This document shows, one piece after another, positions 1-10,979 of a stretch of DNA of 64,000 bases. Position 1 is the first letter of the stretch, and each line of letters begins with the position of its first letter. The stretch spans positions 261,454,001-261,518,000 of the forward strand of contig OZ024741.1 in assembly GCA_964016885.1 (NCBI GenBank), written 5' to 3'. The notes under the pieces are model-generated. The model was not told the DNA's origin. It did no database searches and saw only the letters and a list, made by a program, of their open reading frames with translations. This DNA is from Eledone cirrhosa (lineage: Eukaryota). A program made the translations under genes and the position numbers.

Positions 1-917
1 CGACTTACGACTATTTCGAACTACGAGTGTTTTGACTTACGAGTGTTCCGACTTACGAGTGTTTCGGCTTACGGGTGTTTCGACGTACGAGTATTTTTGG
101 CTTACAAGTGTTTCGACTTACGAGTGTTTTGAATTACGATTGTTTCGGCTTACGAGTGTTTCGACTTACGAGTATTTCGACTTACGAGTTTTTTACTTAC
201 GGTGTTTCGGCTTACGAGTGTTTCGACTTACGAGTGTTTTGACTTACAGGTGTTTTGACATACGAGTGTTTCGATACGAGTGCTCTGACTTACGAGTGTT
301 CTGACTTACGAGTGTTCTGACTTACGAGTGTTCTGACTTACGGGTGTTCTGACTTACGTGTGTTCCGACTTACGAGTGTTTCGGTTATGGGTGTTCCGAC
401 TTACGAGTGTTTCGACTTACGAATGTTTTGGCTTACGAGTGTTTCGGCTTACGAATGTTTCGACTTACGAATGTTTTGGCTTACGAGTGTTTCGGCTTAC
501 GGGTGTTTCGACTTACGAGTGTTTCGACTTACGAGTGTTTTGACTTACGGTGTTTCGGCTTACGATTTATTCGACATACGAGTGTTTCGACTTACGGGTG
601 TTTCGACTTACGAGTGTTTCGACTTATGAGTGTTTCGACTTACGAGTGTTCTGACTTACGAGTGTTCTGACTTACGAGTGTTCCGACTTACGAGTGTTTC
701 GACTTACGAGTGTTTTGACTTACGAATGTTCTGACTTACGGGTGTTTCGCCTTACGAGTGTTTCGACTTACGAGTGTTTTAACTTACGGGTGTTTCGACT
801 TACGCGTGTTTCGACTTACGAGTGTTTCGACTTACGAGTGTTTCGACTTACGAATGTTCCGACTTACGAGTGTTTCTACTTACGAGTGTTTCGGCTTACG
901 AGTGTTTCGACTTACGA

Positions 918-994
918 AAATAACAAATAGACGCGGTTTCAAATATCTATGCTTTTCAAATTCATTACATTAATCTTTATTTATACGTTTCGCT
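918..994. repeat. Insert A copy 1 (77-bp AT-rich non-satellite insert)
   Basis: AAATAACAAATAGACGCGG...TATACGTTTCGCT between two TTACGA hexamers; 19 near-identical copies in the window. Confidence 0.95.
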
Positions 995-1634
995 TTACGA
1001 GTGTTTCGACGTACGAGTGTTTCGACTTACGAGTGTTTTAACTTACGGTTGTTTCGACTTACGCGTTTTTCAACTACGAATGTTCCGACTTACGAGTGTT
1101 TCGACTTACGAGTGTTTCGACTTACGAGTGCTTTGACTTACGAATGTTTTGACTTACTTCGACTTACGAGTGATCTGACTTACGAGTATTCCTACTTACG
1201 AGTGTTTCGACTTACGAGTGTTTCGACTTGCGAGTGTTTCGACTTACGAGTGTGTCGGCTTACGAGTGTTTCGCTGTTTCGGCTTACGTGTGTTTCGACT
1301 TACGAGTGTTTCGACTTACGAGTGTTTCGGCTTATGAGTGTTTCGACTTACGAGTGCTTCGGCTTACGAGTGTTTCGACTTACGAGTATTTCGGCTTACG
1401 AGTGTTTCAACGTACGAATGTTTTGGCTTACGAGTGTTTCGGCTTATGAGTGTTTCGACTTACGAGTGTTTCGACTTACGAGTGTTTCGGCTTACGAGTG
1501 TTTCGACTTACGAGTGTTTCGGCTTACGAGTGTTTCAGTGTTTCGGCTTACGTGTGTTTCGACTTACGAGTGTTTCGACTTACGACTGTTTCGGCTTACG
1601 AGTGTTTCGGCTTACGAGTGTTTCGGCTTATATA

Positions 1635-1710
1635 TAAACGTTTCTATTTCCATCGTTTTATCGTAAACGTTTATATATTTCCATCGTTATATAATAACGT
1701 TTATATTTCC
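1635..1710 (+). repeat. Degenerate ~30-bp minisatellite (2.5 units) at the left edge of island B
   Basis: TAAACGTTTCTATTTCCATCGTTTTATCG / TAAACGTTTATATATTTCCATCGTTATATAA / TAACGTTTATATTTCC; present in all islands. Confidence 0.85.
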
Positions 1711-1889
1711 TCACTAATCTCTTTTTCTCCTTTTCCGTTTTAATATATATTTATTTCAAAGATTTCACCGTATAGATAACATATATATTTATACATGCAT
1801 AAAAGACACACCGAGAGACGGTGAAAATGTGGTGCCAAAAACATTTCTCATCCAAATCTCAACAATATCAGTATATACACTAGATTTGC

Positions 1890-1924
1890 TAGCAGAAAAC
1901 CGCCCACCGGGTGGTTTTCTGCTA
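1890..1924. other. 16-bp-stem hairpin (candidate Helitron 3' terminator)
   Basis: TAGCAGAAAACCGCCC-ACC-GGGTGGTTTTCTGCTA with one G-T pair; conserved in all 12 islands. Confidence 0.9.
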
Positions 1925-1925
1925 T

Positions 1926-2067
1926 TCTATATATATAAAAATTAGGATGTCTGTCTGTGTGTGAGTTTGAATCGCTAAAACTCGAGAACCACCCAACCGA
2001 CTGTTTTCAAACTTTACACATGTAATAATTATGTTTCAGGGAGTGTTCTGAGCAAAGAATATTTCAA
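1926..2067 (+). mobile_element. Helitron/HINE-like 5' module nested in opposite orientation within the 268-bp element
   Basis: TCTATATATATAAAA start, GTCT/GT microsatellite, then CTCGAGAAC..CAACCGA..TTCAAACTTT. This order resembles 5' ends of invertebrate non-autonomous Helitrons (recognised from memory, not by database search). The right end is approximate. Confidence 0.6.
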
Positions 2068-2220
2068 ATTTTCAATGCCGTAGGGACCACATTAGGCGAT
2101 TTAGCGATCTCTCTCTATAATTCTTAGTCTTTCTCTTTTTAGATAGATACATACATATAACGTCGTGCCCTTATAATATCTGTCTGTATGTCTGGCTGTC
2201 TGCATTACGTCACTTCCCTG

Positions 2221-2370
2221 AGGATGTCTGTGTGTGTGTGTGTGTGTGTCTGTGAGTTTGAATCCCTAAAATGCGAGAAGTACCCAACCGATTTTTTTCA
2301 AACTTTACATGTGTATTACTTATGTTTCAGGGAGTGTTTGTTATGCACATAAAATTCAACCTTTTGATCT
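2221..2370 (+). mobile_element. Second diverged copy of the Helitron/HINE-like module with a (TG)n microsatellite, abutting the satellite
   Basis: 2221-2338 aligns with 1944-2047 (AGGATGTCTG...GAGTTTGAATC.CTAAAA...CCCAACCGA...TTCAAACTTTACA...TATGTTTCAGGGAGTGTT). Confidence 0.6.
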
Positions 2371-3792
2371 GGTGTCTTGACTTACGAGTGTTTCGATACG
2401 AGTGTTTCGACTTACGAGTGTTCTGACTTACGAGTTTTCTGACTTACGAGCGTTCTGACTTACGAGTGTTCCGACTTACGAGTGTTTCGGCTTACGAGTG
2501 TTTCGACTTACGAGTGTTCTGACTTACGAGTGTTTCGACTTACGAGCGTTCCGACTTACGAGTGTTTCGGCTTACGAGTGTTCTGACTTACGAGTGTTTC
2601 GACTTACGAGTGTTTCGGCTTACGAGTGTTTCGACTTACGAGTGTTCTGACTTACGAGTGTTCCGACTTACGAGCGTTCCGACTTACGAGTGTTAAGACT
2701 TACGAGTGTTAAGACTTACGGGTGTTTTGACATACGTGTGTTTCGATACGAGTGTTTCGACTTACGAGTGTTACGAGTGTTCTGACTTACGAGTGTTTGG
2801 CTTACGAATGTTTCGACTTACGAGTGTTTCGACTTACGAGTGTTTTGACTTACGGTGTTTCGGCTTACGAGTGTTTCGACTTACGAGTGTTTTGACTTAC
2901 GGGTGTTTTGACATACGAGTGTTTCGATACTAGTGTTCTGACTTACGAGTGTTCTGACTTACGAGTGTTCTGACTTACGGGTGTTTCGGCTTACGAGTGT
3001 TTCGACTTACGAGTGTTTTAACTTACGGTTGTTTCTACTTACGCGTGTTTCGACTTGCAAGTGTTTCGACTTACGAGTGTTTCGACTTGCAAGTGTTTCG
3101 ACTTACGAGTGTTTCGACTACGAATGTTCCGACTTACGAGTGTTTCGACTTACGAGTGTTCTGACTTACGGGTGTTCCGACTTACGAGTGTTTCGGCTTA
3201 CGATTGTTTTGACTTACGATTGTTTTGGCTTACGAATGTTTCGACTTACGAATGTTTCGACTTACGAGTGTTTTGACTTACGAGTGTTTTGACTTACGGG
3301 TGTTTTGACATACGAGTGTTTCGATACGAGTGTTCTGACTTACGAGTGTTCTGACTTACGAGTGTTCTGACTTACGAGTGTTCTGACTTACGGGTGTTCT
3401 GACTTACGAGTGTTCCGACTTACGAGTGTTTCGGCTTATGAGGGTTTCGACTTACGAGTGCTTCGGCTTACGAGTGTTTCGACCTACGAGTGTTTCGGCT
3501 TACGAGTGTTTTGACGTACGAATGTTTTGGGTTACGAGTGTTTCGGCTTACGAGTGTTTCGAATTACGAGTGTTTTAACTTACGGGTGTTTCGACTTACG
3601 AGTGTTTCGACTTACGAGTGTTTCGACTTACGAGTGTTTTGACTTACGGTGTTTCGGCTTACGAGTGTTTCGACTTACGAGTGTTTTAACTTACGGGTGT
3701 TTCGACTTACGCGTGTTTCGACTTACGAATGTTCCGACTTACGAGTGTTTCGACTTACGAGTGTTTTGGCTTACGAGTGTTTCGACTTACGA

Positions 3793-3869
3793 AAATAACA
3801 AGTAGACGCGGTTTCAAATATCTATGCTTTTCAAATTCATTACATTAATCTTTATTTATACGTTTCGCT
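3793..3869. repeat. Insert A copy 2 (orphan, not paired with an island B)
   Basis: Near-identical to 918-994. Confidence 0.95.
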
Positions 3870-6800
3870 TTACGAGTGTTTCGGCGTACGAGTGTTTTGA
3901 CTTACGAGTGTTTTGACTTACGGGTGTTTCGGCTTACGAGTGTTTCGACTTACGAGTGTTCTGACTTACGAGTGTTCCGACTTACGAGCGGTCCGACTTA
4001 CGAGTGTTTCGGCTTACGAGTGTTCCGACTTACGAGTGTTTCGACTTACGAGTGTTTTGACTTACGGTGTTTCGGCTTACGAGTGTTTTGACTTACGAGT
4101 GTTTTGACTTACGGGAGTTTTGACATACGAGTGTTTCGATACGAGTGTTCTGACTTACGAGTGTTCTGACTTACGAGTGTTCTGACTTACGAGTGTTCTG
4201 ACTTACGAGTGGTCTGACTTACGGGTGTTCTTACTTACGAGTGTTCCGACTTACGAGTGTTTCAGCTTATGAGTGTTTCGACTTACGAGTGCTTCGGTTT
4301 ACGAGTGTTTCGACTTACGAGTGTTTCGGCATACGAGTGTTTCGACTTACGAATGTTTTGGCTTACGAGTGTTCTGACTTACGAGTGTTCCGACTTACGA
4401 CTGTTTCGAACTACGAGTGTTTTGACTTACGAGTGTTTTGAATTACGATTGTTTCGGCTTACGAGTGTTTCGACTTACGAGTATTTCGACTTACGAGTTT
4501 TTTTACTTACGGTGTTTCGGCTTACGAGTGTTTCGACTTACGAGTGTTTTGACTTACGGGTGTTTTGACATACGAGTGTTTCGATACGAGTGCTCTGACT
4601 TACGAGTGTTCTGACTTACGAGTGTTCTGACTTACGAGTGTTCTGACTTACGGGTGTTCTGACTTACGTGTGTTCCGACTTACGAGTGTTTCGGTTATGG
4701 GTGTTCCGACTTACGAGTGTTTCGACTTACGAATGTTTTGGCTTACGAGTGTTTCGGCTTAGGAATGTTGCGACTTACGAATGTTTTGGCTTACGAGTGT
4801 TTCGGCTTACGGGTGTTTCGACTTACGAGTGTTTCGACTTACGAGTGTTTTGACTTACGGTGTTTCGGCTTACGATTTATTCGACATACGAGTGTTTCGA
4901 CTTACGGGTGTTTCGACTTACGAGTGTTTCGACTTACGAGTGTTTCGACTTATGAGTGTTTCGACTTACGAGTGTTCTGACTTACGAGTGTTCTGACTTT
5001 CGAGTGTTTCGACTTACGAGTGTTTCGACATACGAGTGTTTTGACTTACGGGTGTTTCGACTTACGGGTGTTTCGACTTACGAGTGTTTCGGCTTACGAG
5101 TGTTTCGACTTACTAATGTTTTTACTTACGAGTGTTTCGGTGTACGAGTGTTTCGACTTAAGGATGTTTCGACTTGCGAGTGTTTCGACTTACGTGTGTT
5201 TCGGCTTACGTGAGTTTCGACTTAAGAGTGTTTCGGCTTACGAGTGTTTCGACTTATGGGGTTTCGACTTACGAGTGTTTTTACTTACGGTGTTTTGGCT
5301 TACGAGTGTTTCGACATACGAGTGTTCAGACTTACGAGTGTTCCGACTTACGAGCGTTCCGACTTACGAGTGTTTCGACTTACGAGTGTTAAGACTTACG
5401 GGTGTTTTGACATACGAGTGTTTCGATACGAGTGTTTCGACTTACGAGTGTTACGAGTGTTCTGATTTACGAGTGTTCTGACTTGCGGGTGTTCTGATTT
5501 ACGAGTGTTCCGACTTACGAGTGTTTCGGCTTATGAGTGTTTCGACTTACGAGTGTTTCGGCTTACGAGTGTTTCGACTTATGGGGTTTCGACTTACGAG
5601 TGTTTTTACTTACGGTGTTTTGGCTTACGAGTGTTTCGACATACGAGTGTTCAGACTTACGAGTGTTCCGACTTACGAGCGTTCCGACTTACGAGTGTTT
5701 CGACTTACGAGTGTTAAGACTTACGGGTGTTTTGACATACGAGTGTTTCGATACGAGTGTTTCGACTTACGAGTGTTACGAGTGTTCTGACTTACGAGTG
5801 TTCTGACTTACGAGTGTTCTGACTTACGAGTGTTCTGACTTACGAGTGTTCTGACTTACGTGCGTTCTGACTTACGAGTGTTCCGACTTACGAGTGTTTC
5901 GGCTTACGAGTGTTTCGACTTACGAGTGTTCTGACTTACGAGTGTTCCGACCTACGAGCGTTCCGACTTACGAGTGTTTCGGCTTACAAGTGTTCCGACT
6001 TACGAGTGTTTCGACTTACGAGTGTTTTGACTTACGGTGTTTCTGCTTACGAGTGTTTCGACTTACGAGTGTTAAGACTGACGGGTGTTTTGACATACGA
6101 GTGTTTCGATACGAGTGTTTCGACTTACGAGTGTTACGAGTGTTCTGACTTACGAGTGTTTCGACTTACGATTGTTTTTTTCACTTACGGGTGTTTCGAC
6201 TTACGCGTGTTTCGATTTACGAGTGTTTAGACTTACGAGTGTTTCGACTACGAATGTTCCGACTTACGAGTGTTTCGACTTACGAGTGTTTCGACTTACG
6301 GGTGTTCCGACTTACGAGTGTTTCGGCTTACGATTGTTTCGACTTACGAGTGTTTCGGTTTACGAGTGTTTCGACTTACGGGTGTTTTGTCTTACGATTG
6401 TTTGGGCTTACGAATGTTTCGATACGAGTGTTCTGACTTACGAGTGTTCTGACGTACGAGTGTTCTGACTTACGAGTGGTCTGACTTACGGGTGTTCTGA
6501 CTTACGAGTGTTCCGACTTACGAGTGTATCAGCTTATGAGTGTTTCGACTTACGAGTGCTTCGGTTTACGAGAGTTTCGACTTACGAGTGTTTCGGCTTA
6601 CGAGTGTTTCGACTTACGAATGTTTTGGCTTACGAGTGTTTCGGCTTACGAGTGTTTCGGCTTATGAGTGTTTCGACTTACGAGTGTTTTGACTTATGGT
6701 GTTTCGGCTTACGAGTGTTTCGACATATGAGTGTTTTGACTTACGGGGGTTTCGACTTACGGGTGTTTCGACGTAAGAGTGTTTCGACTTACGAGCGCTT

Positions 6801-7172
6801 CGACTTACGAGTGTTTCGACTTACGAGTGTTTTGGCGTACGAGTGTTTTGACTTACGAGTGTTTCGACATACGAGTGCTTTGACTTACGAATGTTTTGAA
6901 TTACTTCGACTTACGAGTGATCTGACTTACGAGTGTTCCGACTTACGAGTGTTTCGACTTACGAGTGTTTTGACTTACGAATGTTCTGACTTACGGGTGT
7001 TTCGCCTTACGAGTGTTTCGACTTACGAGTGTTTTAACTTACGGGTGTTTCGACTTACGCGTGTTTCGACTTACGAGTGTTTCGACTTACGAGTGTTTCG
7101 ACTTACGAATGTTCCGACTTACGAGTGTTTCTACTTACGAGTGTTTCGGCTTACGAGTGTCTCGACTTACGA

Positions 7173-7249
7173 AAAGAACAAATAGACGCGGTTTCAAATA
7201 TCTATGCTTTTCAAATTCATTACATTAATCTATATTTATACGTTTAGCT
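7173..7249. repeat. Insert A copy 3
   Basis: AAAGAAC/TTTAGCT allele. Confidence 0.95.
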
Positions 7250-7902
7250 TTACGAGTGTTTCGGCGTACGAGTGTTTCGACTTACGAGTGTTTTAACTTA
7301 CGGTTGTTTCGACTTACGCGTTTTTCGACTACGAATGTTCCGACTTACGAGTGTTTCGACTTACGAGTGTTTCGACTTACGAGTGCTTTGACTTACGAAT
7401 GTTTTGACTTACTTCGACTTACGAGTGATCTGACTTACGACTGTTCCTACTTACGAGTGTTTCGACTTACGAGTGTTTCGGCTTACGAGTGTTTCGGTGT
7501 TTCGGCTTACGTGTGTTTCGACTTACGAGTGTTTCGACTTACGAGTGTTTTCGGCTTATGAGTGTTTCGACTTACGAGTGCTTCGGCTTACGAGTGTTTC
7601 GACTTACGAGTGTTTCGGCTTACGAGTGTTTCGGCTTATGAGTGTTTCGACTTACGAGTGCTTCGGCTTACGAGTGTTTCGACTTACGAGTGTTTCGGCT
7701 TACGAGTGTTTCGACGTACGAATGTTTTGGCTTACGAGTGTTTCGGCTTATGAGTGTTTCGACTTACGAGTGTTTCGACTTACGAGTGTTTCGGCTTACG
7801 AGTGTTTCAGTGTTTCGGCTTACGTGTGTTTCGACTTACGAGTGTTTCGACTTACGAGTGTTTCGGCTTACGAGTGTTTCGGCTTACGAGTGTTTCGGCT
7901 TA

Positions 7903-8713
7903 TATATAAACGTTTCTATTTCCATCGTTTTATCGTAAACGTTTATATATTTCCATCGTTATATCATAACGTTTATATTTCCGTCACTAATCTCTTTTTC
8001 TCCTTTTCCGTTTTAACATATATTTATTTCAAAGATTTCACCGTATAGATAACATATATATTTATACATGCATAAAAGACACAACGAGAGACGGTGAAAA
8101 TGTGGTGCCAAAAACATTTCTCATCCAAATCTCAACAATATCAGTATATACACTATATTTGCTAGCAGAAAACCGCCCACCGGGTGGTTTTCTGCTATTC
8201 TATATATATAAAACTGAGGATGTCTGTCTGTGTGTGAGTTTGAATCCCTAAAACTCGAGAACCACCCAACCGACTGTTTTCAAACTTTACACATGTAATA
8301 CTTATGTTTCAGGGAGTGTTCTGAGCAAAGAATATTTCAAATTTTCAATGCCGTAGGGACCACATTAGGCGATTTAGCGATCTCTCTCTATAATTCTTAG
8401 TCTTTCTCTTTTTAGATAGAATTTTCAATGGCGTAGGGACCACATTAGGCGATTTAGCGATCTCTCTCTATAATTCTTAGTCTTTCTCTTTTTAGATAGA
8501 TACATACATATAACGTCGTGCCCTTATAATATCTGTCTGTATGTCTGGCTGTCTGCATTACGTCACTTCCCTGAGGATGTCTGTGTGTGAGTGTCTGTGA
8601 GTTTGAATCCCTAAAATGCGAGAAGTACCCAACCGATTTTTTTCAAACTTTACATGTATTACTTATGTTTCAGGGAGTGTTTGTTATGCACATAAAATTC
8701 AACCTTTTGATCT
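7903..8713. repeat. Island B copy 2 (811 bp, long form)
   Basis: Contains an 80-bp tandem duplication at 8341-8420/8421-8500. Confidence 0.95.
8153..8500 (-). mobile_element. Helitron-like element, 348-bp form with duplicated 5' 80 nt; 3' CTAG mutated
   Basis: Homologous to 1880-2147. Confidence 0.7.
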
Positions 8714-10362
8714 GGTGTTTTGACTTACGAGTGTTTCGATACGAGTGTTTCGACTTACGAGTGTTCTGACTTACGAGTGTTCTGACTTACGAGCGTTCTG
8801 ACTTACGAGTGTTCCGACTTACGAGTGTTTCGGCTTACGAGTGTTTCGACTTACGAGTGTTCTGACTTACGAGTGTTTCGACTTACGAGCGTTCCGACTT
8901 ACGAGTGTTTCGGCTTACGAGTGTTCCGACTTACGAGTGTTTCGACTAACGAGTGTTTCGGCTTACGAGTGTTTCGACTTACGAGTGTTCTGACTTACGA
9001 GTGTTCCGACTTACGAGCGTTCCGACTTACGAGTGTTTCGACTTACGAGTGTTAAGACTTACGGGTGTTTTGACATACGAGTGTTTCGATACGATTGTTT
9101 CGACTTACGAGTGTTACGAGTGTTCTGACTTACGAGTGTTTCGACTTACGAGTGTTCTGACCTACGAGTGTTCTGACTTACGAGTGTTTCGACTTACGAG
9201 TGTTCTGACCTACAAGTGTTCTGACTTACGAGTGTTTCGACGTACGATTGTTTTTTTCACTTACGGGTGTTTCGACTTACGGGTGTTCTGACCTACGAGT
9301 GTTCTGACTTACGAGTGTTTCGACTTACGAGTGTTCTGACCTACAAGTGTTCTGACTTACGAGTGTTTCGACGTACGATTGTTTTTTTCACTTACGAGTG
9401 TTTCGACTTACGGGTGTTCCGACTTACGAGTGTTTCGGCTTACGATTGTTTCGACTTACGAGTGTTTCGGTTTACGAGTGTTTCGACTTACGGGTGTTTT
9501 GACTTACGATTGTTTGGGCTTACGAATGTTTCGACTTACGAGTGTTTCGACTTACGAGTGTTTTGACTTACGGTGTTTCGGCTTACGAGTGTTTTGACTT
9601 ACGAGTGTTTCGATACGAGTGTTCTGACTTACGAGTGTTCTGACTTACGGGTGTTCTGACTTACGAGTGGTCTGACTTACGGGTGTTCTGACTTACGAGT
9701 GTTCCGACTTACGAGTGTTTCAGCTTATGAGTGTTTCGACTTACGAGTGCTTCGGTTTACGAGTGTTTCGACTTACGAGTGTTTCGGCTTACGAGTGTTT
9801 CGACTTACGAATGTTTTGGCTTACGAGTGTTTCGGCTTACGAGTGTTTCGGCTTATGAGTGTTTCGACTTACGAGTGTTTTGACTTATGGTGTTTCGGCT
9901 TACGAGTGTTTCGACATACGAGTGTTTTGACTTACGGGGGTTTCGACTTACGGGTGTTTCGACGTAAGAGTGTTTCGACTTACGAGCGCTTCGACTTACG
10001 AGTGTTTCGACTTACGAGTGTTTCGGCGTACGAGTGTTTTGACTTACGAGTGTTTCGACTTACGAGTGCTTTGACTTACGAATGTTTTGAATTACTTCGA
10101 CTTACGAGTGATCTGACTTACGAGTGTTCCGACTTACGAGTGTTTCGACTTACGAGTGTTTTGACTTACGAATGTTCTGACTTACGGGTGTTTCGCCTTA
10201 CGAGTGTTTCGACTTACGAGTGTTTTAACTTACGGGTGTTTCGACTTACGCGTGTTTCGACTTACGAGTGTTTCGACTACGAATGTTTCGACTTACGAAT
10301 GTTCCGACTTACGAGTGTTTCTACTTACGAGTGTTTCGGCTTACGAGTGTTTCGACTTACGA

Positions 10363-10439
10363 AAAGAACAAATAGACGCGGTTTCAAATATCTATGCTTT
10401 TCAAATTCATTACATTAATCTTTATTTATACGTTTAGCT
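10363..10439. repeat. Insert A copy 4
   Basis: AAAGAAC/TTTAGCT allele. Confidence 0.95.
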
Positions 10440-10979
10440 TTACGAGTGTTTCGGCGTACGAGTGTTTCGACTTACGAGTGTTTTAACTTACGGTTGTTTC
10501 GACTTACGCGTTTTTCGACTACGAATGTTCCGACTTACGAGTGTTTCGACTTACGAGTGTTTCGACTTACGAGTGCTTTGACTTACGAATGTTTTGACTT
10601 ACTTCGACTTACGAGTGATCTGACTTACGAGTGTTCCTACTTACGAGTGTTTCGACTTACGAGTGTTTCGGCTTACGAGTGTTTCGGTGTTTCGGCTTAC
10701 GTGTGTTTCGACTTACGAGTGTTTCGACTTACGAGTGTTTCGGCTTATGAGTGTTTCGACTTACGAGTGCTTCGGCTTACGAGTGTTTCGACGTACGAAT
10801 GTTTTGGCTTACGAGTGTTTCGGCTTATGAGTGTTTCGACTTACGAGTGTTTCGACTTACGAGTGTTTCGGCTTACGAGTGTTTCAGTGTTTCGGCTTAC
10901 GTGTGTTTCGACTTACGAGTGTTTCGACTTACGAGTGTTTCGGCTTACGAGTGTTTCGGCTTACGAGTGTTTCGGCTTA

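Larger units (their letters stand above)
1880..2147 (-). mobile_element. Non-autonomous Helitron-like element, 268 bp (island 1)
   Basis: On the minus strand it starts A|TCTATCTAAAAAGAG and ends hairpin-GCAAAT-CTAG|T with no TSD. Removing it rejoins GTATATACA+TACATACATATA, a TACA microsatellite split at A|T. Confidence 0.78.
1631..2370. repeat. Island B copy 1 (740 bp, composite non-satellite island)
   Basis: Starts TATATAAACGTTTC after GGCTTA and ends CTTTTGATCT; 12 copies with the same junctions. Confidence 0.95.

Noticed and set aside
585-598. CENP-B box-like motif TTTCGACTTACGGG
   Set aside because: It matches TTCG-N4-A, but CGGG comes 2 nt earlier than the required TTCG-N4-A-N2-CGGG spacing, and only in a minority variant.
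1890-1924. Rho-independent terminator or pre-miRNA
   Set aside because: There is no upstream gene or bacterial context and no U-tract after the full stem, and it is too short for a pre-miRNA. The Helitron 3' hairpin fits its position better.
1928-1940. TATA-box promoter (TATATATATAAAA)
   Set aside because: There is no downstream gene, and it is better explained as the AT-rich Helitron-type 5' end. Promoter activity cannot be judged from sequence.
8587-8769. 60-aa island ORF (MSVCEFESLKCEKYP...) repeated in several islands
   Set aside because: It starts at GTG inside a microsatellite and runs into the satellite. It is frameshifted or stopped in islands 1, 8, 11 and 12, and has no RepHel or transposase motifs.
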